DNA from: Squalus acanthias
Lineage: Eukaryota
Direction: 5' to 3'
Length of the DNA: 64,000 bases
NCBI GenBank assembly: GCA_030390025.1
Contig: JASTWF010000257.1
Coordinates: 372,001-436,000 of the forward strand
Shown piece after piece: positions 10,705-23,130 of this stretch. The stretch's first letter is position 1; each line of letters opens with the position of its first letter. The notes beneath the pieces were generated by a model. It saw only the letters and a program-made list of their open reading frames with translations, searched no databases and had not been told where the DNA came from. A program made the position numbers and the translations under genes.

Positions 10705-13700
10705 AGGGTCAGAGAAACTGGGGCGCCTTGCACTGGAACAGTGTACGTCAAGAGGAGGAGATCCGATGGGGGGGGTTCAGAATTCTGAGGTTTCGGGAGA
10801 AACTAATTCACTGGTCTGCGAGTCGGTAACCATGAGGATAAATTTAACATCAGCACCAAAACCAGTGTGGACGCAGAATCCATAACAACCTTCAAAAGGG
10901 AAGGGGATAAACACCTGAAAAAGAAACGGTTAAGAGAGTATGGGGAATGGGACTGAGGGACAGAGCTGTATCAGAGAGAGGACACGGGGGGCGATGGGGG
11001 AATGGGACTGAGGGACAGAGCTGTATCAGAGAGAGGACACGGGGGGTGATGGGGGAATGGGACTGAGGGAGAGCTGTATCAGACAGAGGACACGGGGGGC
11101 GATGGGGGAATGGGACTGAGGGAGAGCTGTATCACCGAGAGGACACGTTGGGGCGATGGGGGAATGGGACTGAGGGAGAGCTGTATCAGAGAGAGGACAC
11201 GGGGGTGATGGGGGAATGGGCCTGAGGGAGAGCTGTATCAGAGAGAGGACACGGGGGCGATGGGAGAATGGGACTGAGGGAGTGCTGTATCAGAGAGAGG
11301 ACACGGGGGGGTGATGGGGTAATGGGACTGAAGGAGAGCTGTATCAGAGAGAGGACACGGGGGGCGATGGGGTAATGGGACTGAGGGGGAGCTGTATCAG
11401 AGAGAGGACACGGGGGGTGATGGGGGAATGGGACTCAGGGATAGCTGTATCAGAGAGAGGACACGGGGGGTGATGGGGGAATGGGACTGAGGGACAGAGC
11501 TGTATCAGAGAGAGGACACGGGGGTGATGGGGGAATGGGACTGAAGGAGAGCTGTATCAGAGAGAGGACACGGGGGGCGATGGGGGAATGGGACTGAGGG
11601 GCAGAGCTGTATCAGAGAGAGGACACGGGGGGTGATGGGGGAATGGGACTGAGGGAGAGCTGTATCAGACAGAGGACACGGGGGGCGATGGGGGAATGGG
11701 ACTGAGGGAGAGCTGTATCAGAGAGAGGACACGGGGGCGATGGGGGAATGGGACTGAGGGAGAGCTGTATCAGAGAGAGGACACGAGGAACGATGGGGGA
11801 ATGGGACTGAGGGGGAGCTGTATCAGAGAGAGGACACGGGGGGGCGATGGGGGAATGGGACTGAGGGAGAGATGTATCAGAGAGAGGACATGGGGGGGCG
11901 ATGGGGGAATGGGACTGAGGGAGAGCTGTATCAGAGAGAGGACATGGGGGGCGATGGGGGAATGGGACTGAGGGGGAGCTGTATCAGAGAGAGGACACGG
12001 GGGCGATGGGGGAATGGGACTGAGGGAGAGATGTATCAGAGAGAGGACACGGGGAGCGATGGGGGAATGGGACTGAGGGAGAGCTGTATCAGAGAGTGGA
12101 CACGGGGGGCGATGGGGGAATGGGACTGAGGGAGAGCTGTATCAGAGAGTGGACACGGGGGGCGATGGGGGAATGGGACTGAGGGCCGAGCTGTATCAGA
12201 GAGAGGACATGGGGGGCGATGGGGGAATGGGACTGAGAGAGAGCTGTATCAGAGAGAGGACACGGGGGGGCGATGGGGGAATGGGACTGAGGGAGAGCTG
12301 TATCAGAGAGAGGACACGGGGGGCGATGGGGGAATGGGACTGAGAGAGAGCTGTATCAGAGAGAGGACATGGGGGGCGATGGGGTAATGGGACTGAGGGA
12401 GAGCTGTATCAGAGAGAGGACATGGGGGGCGATGGGGTAATGGGACTGAGGGAGAGCTGTATCAGAGAGAGGACACGGGGGGCGATGGGGGAATGGGACT
12501 GAGGGAGAGCTGTATCAGAGAGAGGACATGGGGGGCGATGGGGTAATGGGACTGAGGGAGAGCTGTATCAGAGAGAGGACACGGGGGGCGATGGGGGAAT
12601 GGGACTGAAGGAGAGCTGTATCAGAGAGAGGACATGGGGGGCGATGGGGGAATGGGACTGAGGGAGAGCTGTATCAGAGAGAGGACACGGGGGGCGATGG
12701 GGCAATGGGACTGAGGGACAGAGCTGTATCAGAGAGAGGACACGAGGAACGATGGGGGAATGGGACTGAGGGGGAGCTGTATCAGAGAGAGGACACGGGG
12801 GGCGATGGGGTAATGGGACTGAGGGAGAGCTGTATCAGAGAGAGGACACGGGGGGGGCGATGGGGGAATGGGACTGAGGGAGAGCTGTATCAGAGAGAGG
12901 ACACGGGGGGCGATGGGGTAATGGGACTGAGGGAGAGCTGTATCAGAGAGAGGACACGGGGGCGATGGGGGAATGGGACTGAGGGACAGAGCTGTATCAG
13001 AGAGAGGACACGGGGGGTGATGGGGGAATGGGACTGAGGGAGAGCTGTATCAGACAGAGGACACGGGGGGCGATGGGGGAATGGGACTGAGGGAGAGCTG
13101 TATCACCGAGAGGACACGTTGGGGCGATGGGGGAATGGGACTGAGGGAGAGCTGTATCAGAGAGAGGACACGGGGGGTGATGGGGGAATGGGACTGAGGG
13201 AGAGCTGTATCAGAGAGAGGACACGGGGGGCGATGGGGTAATGGGACTGAGGGAGAGCTGTATCAGAGAGAGGACACGGGGGCGATGGGGGAATGGGACT
13301 GAGGGACAGAGCTGTATCAGAGAGAGGACACGGGGGGCGATGGGGGAATGGGACTGAGGGAGAGCTGTATCAGAGAGCGGACATGGGGGGCGATGGGGGA
13401 ATGGGACTGAGGGAGAGCTGTATCAGAGAGAGGACACGGGGGGCGATGGGGGAATGGGACTGAGGGAGAGCTGTATCAGAGAGAGGGCACGGGGGGGATG
13501 GGGGAATGGGACTGAGGGAGATCTGTATCAGAGAGAGGACACGGGGGCGATGGGGGAATGGGACTGAGGGAAAGCTGTATCAGAGAGAGGACACGGGGGG
13601 CGATGGGGGAATGGGACTGAGGGAGAGCTGTATCACCGAGAGGACATGGGGGGCGATGGGGTAATGGGACTGAGGGAGAGCTGTATCACCGAGAGGACAC

Positions 13701-16700
13701 GTTGGGGCGATGGGGGAATGGGACTGAGGGAGAGCTGTATCAGAGAGAGGACACGGGGGGCGATGGGGGAATGGGACTGAGGGAGAGCTGTATCAAAGAG
13801 AGGACACGGGGGGGATGGGGGAATGGGACTGAGGGAGAGCTGTATCAGAGAGAGGACACGGGGGTGATGGGGTAATGGGACTGAGGGAGAGCTGTATCAG
13901 AGAGAGGACACGGGGGGTGATGGGGGAATGGGACTGAGGGACAGAGCTGTATCAGAGAGAGGACACGGGGGGGGCGATGGGGGAATGGGACTGAGGGCCG
14001 AGCTGTATCAGAGAGAGGACACGGGGGGCGATGGGGGAATGGGACTGAGGGAGAGCTGTATCAGAGAGAGGACACGGGGGGTGATGGGGGAATGGGACTG
14101 AGGGACAGAGCTGTATCAGAGAGAGGACACGGGGGGGGCGATGGGGGAATGGGACTGAGGGCCGAGCTGTATCAGAGAGAGGACACGGGGGGCGATGGGG
14201 TAATGGGACTGAGGGACAGAGCTGTATTAGAGAGAGGACACGGGGGGGGCGATGGGGGAATGGGACTGAGGGCCGAGCTGTATCAGAGAGAGGACACGGG
14301 GGGCGATGGGGTAATGGGACTGAGGGAGAGCTGTATCAGAGAGAGGACACGGGGGGCGATGGGGGAATGGGACTGAGGGAGAGCTGTATCAGAGAGAGGA
14401 CACGGGGGTGATGGGGGAATGGGACTGAGGGAGCTGTATCAGAGAGAGGACACGGGGGGGCGATGGGGGAATGGGACTGAGGGAGAGCTGTATCAGAGAG
14501 AGGGCACGGGGGGCGATGGGGTAATGGGACTGAGGGAGAGCTGTATCAGAGAGAGGACATGGGGGGTGATGGGGGAATGGGACTGAGGGAGAGCTGTATC
14601 AGAGAGAGGACACGGGGGGCGATGGGGGAATGGGACTGAGGGACAGAGCTGTATCAGAGAGAGGACACGGGGGGTGATGGGGGAATGGGACTGAGGGAGA
14701 GCTGTATCAGACAGAGGACACGGGGGGCGATGGGGGAATGGGACTGAGGGAGAGCTGTATCACCGAGAGGACACGTTGGGGCGATGGGGGAATGGGACTG
14801 AGGGAGAGCTGTATCAGAGAGAGGACACGGGGGGTGATGGGGGAATGGGACTGAGGGAGAGCTGTTTCAGAGAGAGGACACGGGGGGCGATGGGGGAATG
14901 GGACTGAGGGAGAGCTGTATCAGAGAGAGGACACGGGGGGTGATGGGGGAATGGGACTGAGGGAGAGCTGTATCAGAGAGGGGACACGGGGGGTGATGGG
15001 GGAATGGGACTGAGGGAGAGCTGTATCAGAGAGAGGACACGGGGGGCGATGGGAGAATGGGACTGAGGGAGAGCTGTATCAGAGAGAGGACACGGGGGGT
15101 GATGGGGGAATGGGACTGAGGGAGAGCTGTATCACCGAGAGGACACGGGGGTGATGGGGGAATGGGACTGAGGGACAGAGCTGTATCAGAGAGAGGACAC
15201 GGGGGGCGATGGGTGAATGGGACTGAGGGAGAGCTGTATCAGAGAGAGGACACGGGGGGCGATGGGAGAATGGGACTGAGGGCCGAGCTGTATCAAAGAG
15301 AGGACACGGGGGGCGATGGGGTAATGGGACTGAGGGAGAGCTGTATCAGAGAGAGGACACGGGGGGCGTAGGGGAATGGGACTGAGGGAGAGCTGTATCA
15401 GAGAGAGGATATGGGGGCGATGGGGGAATGGGACTGAGGGAGCGCTGTATCAGAGAGAGGGCACGGGGGGCGATGGGGGAATGGGACTGAGGGAGAGCTG
15501 TATCAGAGAGAGGACACGGGGGGCGATGGGGGAATGGGACTGAGGGAGTGCTGTATCAGAGAGAGGACACGGGGGGCGATGGGGGAATGGGACTGAGGGA
15601 GAGCTGTATCAGAGAGAGGACACGGGGGGGGTGATGGGGGAATGGGACTGAGGGAGAGCTGCATCAGAGTGAGGACAAGGGGGCGATGAGGGAATGCGAC
15701 TGAGGGAGAGCTGTATCAGAGAGAGGACACGGGGGCGATGGGGGAATGGGATTGAGGGAGAGCTGTATCAGAGAGAGGACATGGGGGCAATGGGGGAATG
15801 GGACTGAGGGAGAGCTGCATCAGAGTGAGGACAAGGGGGCGATGGGGGAATGGGACTGAGGGAGAGCTGTATCAGAGAGAGGACATGGGGGCGATGGGGG
15901 AATGGGACTGAGGGACAGAGCTGTATCAGAGAGAGGACACGGGGGGCGATGGGGGAATGGGACTGAGGGAGAGCTGTATCAGAGAGCGGACATGGGGGGC
16001 GATGGGGGAATGGGACTGAGGGAGAGCTGTATCAGAGAGCGGACATGGGGGGCGATGGGGGAATGGGACTGAGGGAGAGCTGTATCAGAGAGAGGACACG
16101 GGGGGCGATGGGGGAATGGGACTGAGGGAGAGCTGTATCAGAGAGAGGACACGGGGGGCGATGGGGGAATGGGACTGAGGGAGAGCTGTATCAGAGAGAG
16201 GACACGGGGGGTGATGGGGGAATGGGACTGAGGGAGAGCTGTATCAGAGAGAGGACACGGGGGGTGATGAGGGAATGCGACTGAGGGAGAGCTGTATCAG
16301 AGAGAGGACACGGGGGCGATGGGGGAATGGGACTGAGGGAGAGCTGTATCAGAGAGAGGACACGGGGGGGATGGGGGAATGGGACTGAGGGAGAGCTGTA
16401 TCAGAGAGAGGACACGGGGGCGATGGGGGAATGGGACTGAGGGAAAGCTGTATCAGAGAGAGGACACGGGGGGCGATGGGGGAATGGGACTGAGGGAGAG
16501 CTGTATCACCGAGAGGACATGGGGGGCGATGGGGTAATGGGACTGAGGGAGAGCTGTATCACCGAGAGGACACGTTGGGGCGATGGGGGAATGGGACTGA
16601 GGGAGAGCTGTATCAGAGAGAGGACACGGGGGGCGATGGGGGAATGGGACTGAGGGAGAGCTGTATCAAAGAGAGGACACGGGGGGGATGGGGGAATGGG

Positions 16701-18862
16701 ACTGAGGGAGAGCTGTATCAGAGAGAGGACACGGGGGTGATGGGGTAATGGGACTGAGGGAGAGCTGTATCAGAGAGAGGACACGGGGGGTGATGGGGGA
16801 ATGGGACTGAGGGACAGAGCTGTATCAGAGAGAGGACACGGGGGGGGCGATGGGGGAATGGGACTGAGGGCCGAGCTGTATCAGAGAGAGGACACGGGGG
16901 GCGATGGGGGAATGGGACTGAGGGAGAGCTGTATCAGAGAGAGGACACGGGGGGTGATGGGGGAATGGGACTGAGGGACAGAGCTGTATCAGAGAGAGGA
17001 CACGGGGGGGGCGATGGGGGAATGGGACTGAGGGCCGAGCTGTATCAGAGAGAGGACACGGGGGGCGATGGGGTAATGGGACTGAGGGACAGAGCTGTAT
17101 TAGAGAGAGGACACGGGGGGGGCGATGGGGGAATGGGACTGAGGGCCGAGATGTATCAGAGAGAGGACACGGGGGGCGATGGGGTAATGGGACTGAGGGA
17201 GAGCTGTATCAGAGAGAGGACACGGGGGGCGATGGGGGAATGGGACTGAGGGAGAGCTGTATCAGAGAGAGGACACGGGGGTGATGGGGGAATGGGACTG
17301 AGGGAGCTGTATCAGAGAGAGGACACGGGGGGGCGATGGGGGAATGGGACTGAGGGAGAGCTGTATCAGAGAGAGGGCACGGGGGGCGATGGGGTAATGG
17401 GACTGAGGGAGAGCTGTATCAGAGAGAGGACATGGGGGGTGATGGGGGAATGGGACTGAGGGAGAGCTGTATCAGAGAGAGGACACGGGGGGCGATGGGG
17501 GAATGGGACTGAGGGAGAGCTGTATCAGAGAGAGGACATGGGGGGCGATGGGGGAATGGGACTGAGGGAGAGCTGTATCAGAGAGAGAACACGGGGGGGC
17601 GATGGGGGAATGGGACTGAGGGAGAGCTGTATCAGAGAGAGGACACGGGGGCGATGGGGGAATGGGACTGAGGGAGACTGTATCAAAGAGAGGACATGGG
17701 GGGCGATGGGGGAATGGGACTGAGGGAGAGCTGTATCAGAGAGAGGACACGGGGGGTGATGGGGGAATGGGACTGAGGGACAGAGCTGTATCAGAGAGAG
17801 GACACGGGGGGCGATGGGGGAATGGGACTGAGGGAGAGCTGTATCAGAGAGAGGACACGGGGGGTGATGGGGGAATGGGACTGAGGGAGAGCTGTATCAG
17901 AGAGAGGACACGGGGGGTGATGGGGGAATGGGACTGAGGGAGAGCTGTATCAGAGAGAGGACACGGGGGGCGATGGGAGAATGGGACTGAGGGAGAGCTG
18001 TATCAGAGAGAGGACACGGGGGGTGATGGGGGAATGGGACTGAGGGAGAGCTGTATCAGAGAGAGGATACGGGGGGTGATGGGGGAATGGGACTGAGGGA
18101 GAGCTGTATCACCGAGAGGACACGGGGGTGATGGGGGAATGGGACTGAGGGACAGAGCTGTATCAGAGAGAGGACACGGGGGGCGATGGGTGAATGGGAC
18201 TGAGGGAGAGCTGTATCAGAGAGAGGACACGGGGGGCGATGGGAGAATGGGACTGAGGGGCAGAGCTGTATCATAGAGAGGACACGGGGGGCGATGGGGG
18301 AATGGGACTGAGGGAGTGCTGTATCAGAGAGAGGACACGGGGGGCGATGGGGGAATGGGACTGAGGGAGAGCTGTATCAGAGAGAGGACACGGGGGGGGT
18401 GATGGGGGAATGGGACTGAGGGAGAGCTGCATCAGAGTGAGGACAAGGGGGCGATGAGGGAATGCGACTGAGGGAGAGCTGTATCAGAGAGAGGACACGG
18501 GGGCGATGGGGGAATGGGATTGAGGGAGAGCTGTATCAGAGAGAGGACATGGGGGCAATGGGGGAATGGGACTGAGGGAGAGCTGCATCAGAGTGAGGAC
18601 AAGGGGGCGATGGGGGAATGGGACTGAGGGAGAGCTGTATCAGAGAGAGGACATGGGGGCGATGGGGGAATGGGACTGAGGGAGATCTGTATCAGAGAGA
18701 GGACACGGGGGGCGATGGGGGAATGGGACTGAGGACAGAGCTGTATCAGGGAGAGGGGCGAATGGAGAGAGGTCTGGGGAATGGGTGTTGGTGGATACTC
18801 TTGCAGAGAGCCAGCACGGACTCAATGTGTCGAATGCTCTCCTTTTGTGCTGCATGAGTCTA
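10705..18862 (+). mobile_element. Old degenerate CR1 3' fragment split by a 7.8-kb minisatellite in its 3'UTR
   Basis: 10705-10945 resembles the CR1 ORF2 end (gagaaactgggg...ctggaaca...agaggaggagatccgat...ttcaaaagggaaggggataaacacctgaaa). 18770-18862 resumes as a CR1 3'UTR (gagagccagcacggactcaatg...gaatgctctccttttgtgctg...tctatg). Confidence 0.6.
10941..18750. repeat. ~53-bp G-rich minisatellite (gggggaatgggactgagggagagctgtatcagagagaggacacggggggcgat)n, ~145 units, in TAPBP intron between IgV and IgC1 exons
   Basis: Periodicity of about 51-57 nt, with variable G-run lengths. Kb-scale internal duplications are present (near-identical ORFs at 14092 and 16965). Confidence 0.96.
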
Positions 18863-19438
18863 TGGACTGTGATGCACTCACTGTGAAATAGCAAGTCAAT
18901 GCCTTGTTCCTAGGCTGATGAATGATGTATCACAACTGGGGGTCAGGTACAGGAAGGTGTCCAGCACCTACGGTGCTGTACTGCAGCAGAGGGCAACATA
19001 TTCAGGGGAGAATGGGGCTGCCAGGCAGAACAAAACATCACAATTACTGTCCCCATGATATCTAGAATATATTGAAACTCTTGCAGATGATTACAGAAAT
19101 TTGCACTGTCATGCTTATCTGTGACTGGCTTCTGTTTATCAAACTTGGTTCCTGGCCCAAAAACAGGCAGCAACATTTCATAAATGTCTGTTTCCATTTT
19201 TCAGGCGCTCTTACACAGACATGATCGGCTGATAAATGAAGGCTGAATGGCCTCCTTCTGTGCTGTGCACTTCTTTAGTTCTATTCCCTGTCACGCATTC
19301 CCTTGTCACGCTTTGCTGACAACACCCCTCTTGTTATCAATGGTCTATCCTCACTAGGAGCAATGCCACGGGAGGTCTAGCAGTATCAAAAAGAACAAGC
19401 AGTTAGTGCGTCCTATTCGCAATGGGAAGGTTGATTAC

Positions 19439-19780
19439 CTGAGACCTCCAGGTCCACAGACTGCTGGGCGTGGAGGTTGGGCATGTAAATTGTGCAAATG
19501 TAGCTTCCTTCGTGCTTCATGTCGACGTTGCGAATCAGGAGCGAGGCATTTCCCCGACTGTGGAGCTCGTAGAAGAACATCTCGGTCCCCTCCGCCGCCG
19601 CGTCCACCCGGTCCAGCGCCCCGTTGTACGCATACACCAGGTGCCCGCTGCCCTTGAACTGGTAGCGCCACTCCACCGCGAAGCCGGTCTTCCTGTCCAT
19701 GGCAAAGCCGCAGTCCAGCAGGATGTCCTGCTGCAGTTTCGACCGCACAGACGGCGTGCGGGTGAAAACGTTCAGGACAA
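19439..19780 (-). CDS. TAPBP: Tapasin IgV-like domain exon (VVLNVFTRTPSVRSKLQQDILLDCGF...AVEWRYQFKGSG...GNASL...EGSYICTIYMPNLHAQQSVDLEVS)
   Basis: Acceptor tttcttttgcag, donor tcag|gtaatc, 342 nt, phase 1. Matches human VVLTVLTHTP..LGQDALLD and LEWRRQHLGKGHL (MHC-I contact E-W-R-x-Q). The N-glycan sequon NAS lies at the human N233-equivalent position. Confidence 0.96.
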
Positions 19781-19819
19781 CTGCAAAAGAAATGATGAGA
19801 TGTAGAAGGGTAGAATTAT

Positions 19820-21492
19820 AGAAAGAAAGGCTTCCATTTCTATAGCGCCTTTCACAACCTCACGACATCCCAAAGCGCTTTACAGCCAATGAAGTACTTT
19901 TGAAGTGTGCTCACTGTTGTAATGTGGGAAACGCGGCAGCCAATTTGCTCACAGCAAGATCCCACAAACAGTAATGTGATAATGATCAGATAATCTGCTA
20001 TTAGTGATGTTGGTTGAGGGACAAATATTGGCCCCGGGACACCGGGGAGAACTCCTCTGCTCTTCTTCAAATAGTGTAATGGGATCTTTTACGTCCACCT
20101 GAGAGGGCAGACGGTTTAATGTCACATCCAAAAGACGACACCTCCGACAGTGCAGCGCTCCCTCAGTACTGCCCCTCCGACAGTGCAGCGCTCCCTCAGT
20201 ACTGCCCCTCCGACAGTGCAGCGCTCCCTCAGTACTGCCCCTCCGACAGTGCAGCACTCCCTCAGTACTGCCCCTCCGACAGTGCAGCGCTCCCTCAGTA
20301 CTGCCCCTCCGACAGTGCGGTGCTCCCTCAGTACTGCCCATCCGACAGTGGCTCCCTCAGTACTGCCCCTCCGACAGTGCAGCGCTCCCTCAGTACTGCC
20401 CCTCCGACAGTGCAGCGCTCCCTCAGTACTGCCCCCCGACAGTGCAGCGCTCTCTCAGTACTGCCCCTCCGACCGTGCAGCACTCCCTCAGTGCAGCGCT
20501 CCCTCAGTACTGCCCCCCGACAGCGCAGCGCTCTCTCAGTACTGCCCTCCGACAGTGCAGCACTCCCTCAGTGCAGTGCTCCCTCAGTACTGCCCCTCCG
20601 ACAATGCAGCGCTCCCTCAGTACTGCCCCTCCGACAGTGCAGCGCTCTCTCAGTACTGCCCTCCGACAGTGCAGCACTCCCTCAGTACAGCGCTCCCTCA
20701 GTACTGGCCCTCTGACAGTGCAGCGCTCCCTCAGTACTGCCCCTCCGACAGTGCAGCGCTCCCTCCATACTGCCCCTCCGACAGTGCAGCGCTCCCTCAG
20801 TACTGCCCCTCCGACAGTGCAGCGCTCCCTCAGTACTGCCCCTCCGACAGTGCAGCACTTCCTCAGTACTGCCCCTCCGACAGGGCGGCGCTCCCTCAGT
20901 ACTGCCCCTCCGACAGTGCGGTGCTCCTTCAGTACTGCCACTCCGACAGTGCGACGCTCCCTCAGTACTGACCCTCCAACAGTGCAGCGCTCTCTCAGTA
21001 CTGCCCCTCCGACAGTGCAGCGCTCTCTCAGTACGGCCCCTCCGACAGTGCAGCGCTCTCTCAGTACTGCCCCTCCGACAGTGCGGTGCTCCCTCAGTAC
21101 TGCCCCTCCGACAGTGCAGCACTCCCTCAGTACAGCCCCTCCGACAGTGCAGCGGAGCTCCCTCAGTACTGCCCCTCCGACAGTGCAGCACTCCCTCAGT
21201 ACAGCCCCTCCGACAGTGCAGCGGAGCTCCCTCAGTACTGCCCCTCCGACAGTGCAGCGCTCCCTCAGTACAGCCTCTCCAACAGTGCAGCACTCCCTCA
21301 GTACAGCCCCTCCGACAGTGCAGCACTCCCTCAGTAATGACCCTCCGACAGTGCTGCGCTCCCTCAGTAATGACCCTCCGACAGTGCTGCGCTCCCTCAG
21401 TACTGCCCCTCCGACAGTGAAGCGCTCCCTCAGTAATGACCCTCCGACAGTGCAATACTGCACTGGAGTGTCAGTCTAGATTTTGTGCACAA
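19820..21492 (-). mobile_element. DeuSINE-type SINE lacking its tRNA head, with a 1.3-kb internal tandem expansion
   Basis: 19820-20140 is collinear with 5556-5880. After the array it resumes with cactggagtgtcagtctagattttgtgc, matching 5896-5925. Confidence 0.88.
20141..21455. repeat. 33-bp minisatellite (ctccgacagtgcagcgctccctcagtactgccc)n, ~40 units
   Basis: Direct periodicity. It produces spurious 11-aa repeat ORFs (PSDSAALPQYC). Confidence 0.95.
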
Positions 21493-21504
21493 TCCTGAAA
21501 TAGT

Positions 21505-21778
21505 ATCACACTGCACATAAGGAGACCATATGGCCCATCGAGCCTGTGCCAGTTCTTTAATCGAGCTATCCAATTAGTCCCGCTAGCCCCACTCTTCCCC
21601 CAGAGCCCTGCAATTTTTTCGTCTTCAAGTTCTGTTCAATTCCCTTTTGAAAGTTACTGTTGAATCTGCTTCCACCGCCCTCTCAGGCAGTGAGTTCCAG
21701 ATCACAACAACTCGCTGCGTAAAAAATATTCTTCTCATCTCCCCGCTGCTTCTTTTGGCAATTATCTTAAATTTGTGT
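21505..21778 (-). mobile_element. CR1 LINE 3' fragment
   Basis: Similar to 10372-10690 (ggcccatcgagcctgtgcc...caactcgctgcgtaaaaaa). Confidence 0.8.
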
Positions 21779-23046
21779 CATAGAATCATAGACCTTTACA
21801 GCACAGGAGGCGGCCATTCGGCCCATCTTGTCCGTGCCGGCCGACAAAGAGCTATCTACCCTAATCCCACTTTCCAGCTCTTGGTCCGTAGCCCTGTTGG
21901 TTACGGCACTTCAAGTGCACATCCGAGTACTTTTTAAATGTGATGAGGGTTTCTGCCTCTACCACCCTTTCAGGCAGTGAGTTCCAGACCCCCACCACCC
22001 TCTGGGTGAAAAAGTTTCTCCTCAAATCCCCTCTAATCCTTCTACCAATTACTTTAAATCTATGCCCCCTGGTTATTGACCCCTCTGCTAAGGGAAATAG
22101 GTCCTTCCTATCCACTCTAGCTAGGCCCCTCATAATTTTATACACCTCAATTAGGTCTCCGTTCAGCCTCCTCTGTTCCAAAGAAAACAACCCCAGCCGA
22201 TCTAATCTTTCCTCATAGCTAAAATTCCCCAGCCCAGGCAACATCCTCATAAATCTCCTCTGCAACCTCTCTAGTGCAATCACATCCTTCCTGTAATGTG
22301 GTGACCAGAGCTGCACGCAGTATTCTAGCTGCAGCCTAACCAGTGTTTTATACAGTTCAAACATAACCTCCCTGCTCTTGTATTCTATGCCTCAGCTAAT
22401 AAAAGCAAGTATCCCGTACGCCTTCTTAACCACCTTATCTACCTGGCCTGCTACCTTCAGGGATCTGTGGACAGGAACTCCAAGGTCCCTTTGTTCCTCT
22501 ACACTACTCAGTGTCCTACCATTTATTGTGTATTCCCTTGCCTTGTTAGCCCTCCCCAAATGCATTACCTCACACTTCTCCGGATTGAATTCCATTTGCC
22601 ACTGTTCTGCCCACCTGACCAGTCCATTGATATCTTCCCGCAGTCTGCAGCTTTCTTCTTCATTGTCAACCACACGGCCAATTTTTGTATCATCTGCAAA
22701 CTTCTTAATCACACTTCCTACATTCAAGTCCAAATCATTGATATATACCACAAAAAGCAGAGGACCCAGTACTGAGCCCTGCGGAACCCCACTGGAAACA
22801 GCCTTCCAGTCACAAAAACACCAATCGACCATTACCCTTTGTTTCCTGCCTCTGAGCCAATTTTGGATCCAACTTGACACTTTGCCTTGGATCCCATGGG
22901 CTTTTACTTTCGTGACCAGTCTGCCATGCGGGACCTTATCAAAAGCCTTGCTAAAATCCATATAGACTACATTAAACGCACTACCCTCATCGACCCTCCT
23001 TGTTACCGCCTCAAAAAATTCAAATCAAGTTAGTCAGACACGACCT
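21779..23046 (-). mobile_element. 5'-truncated CR1 LINE (RT and C-terminal region, 3' tail)
   Basis: [53 protein letters not shown]. Tail ctatgattctatg. Contains an internal stop. Confidence 0.95.
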
Positions 23047-23130
23047 CTGGTGTCCTCTGGTTGCCGACCCTAGACATTGGAGGGTCAGTCTGTACAAGCC
23101 CTTTCGCAAAGGGGAGCCTCTTGTTGGTAC

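Noticed and set aside
20119-21479. Overlapping 200-345-aa ORFs on both strands
   Set aside because: Artefact of the 33-bp SINE-derived repeat.
23030-23130. ORF continuation GTNKRLPFAKG...VVSD as part of the tapasin exon
   Set aside because: It runs into a CR1 fragment and a stop. A phase-1 donor at 23130 gives an exon of the expected size.
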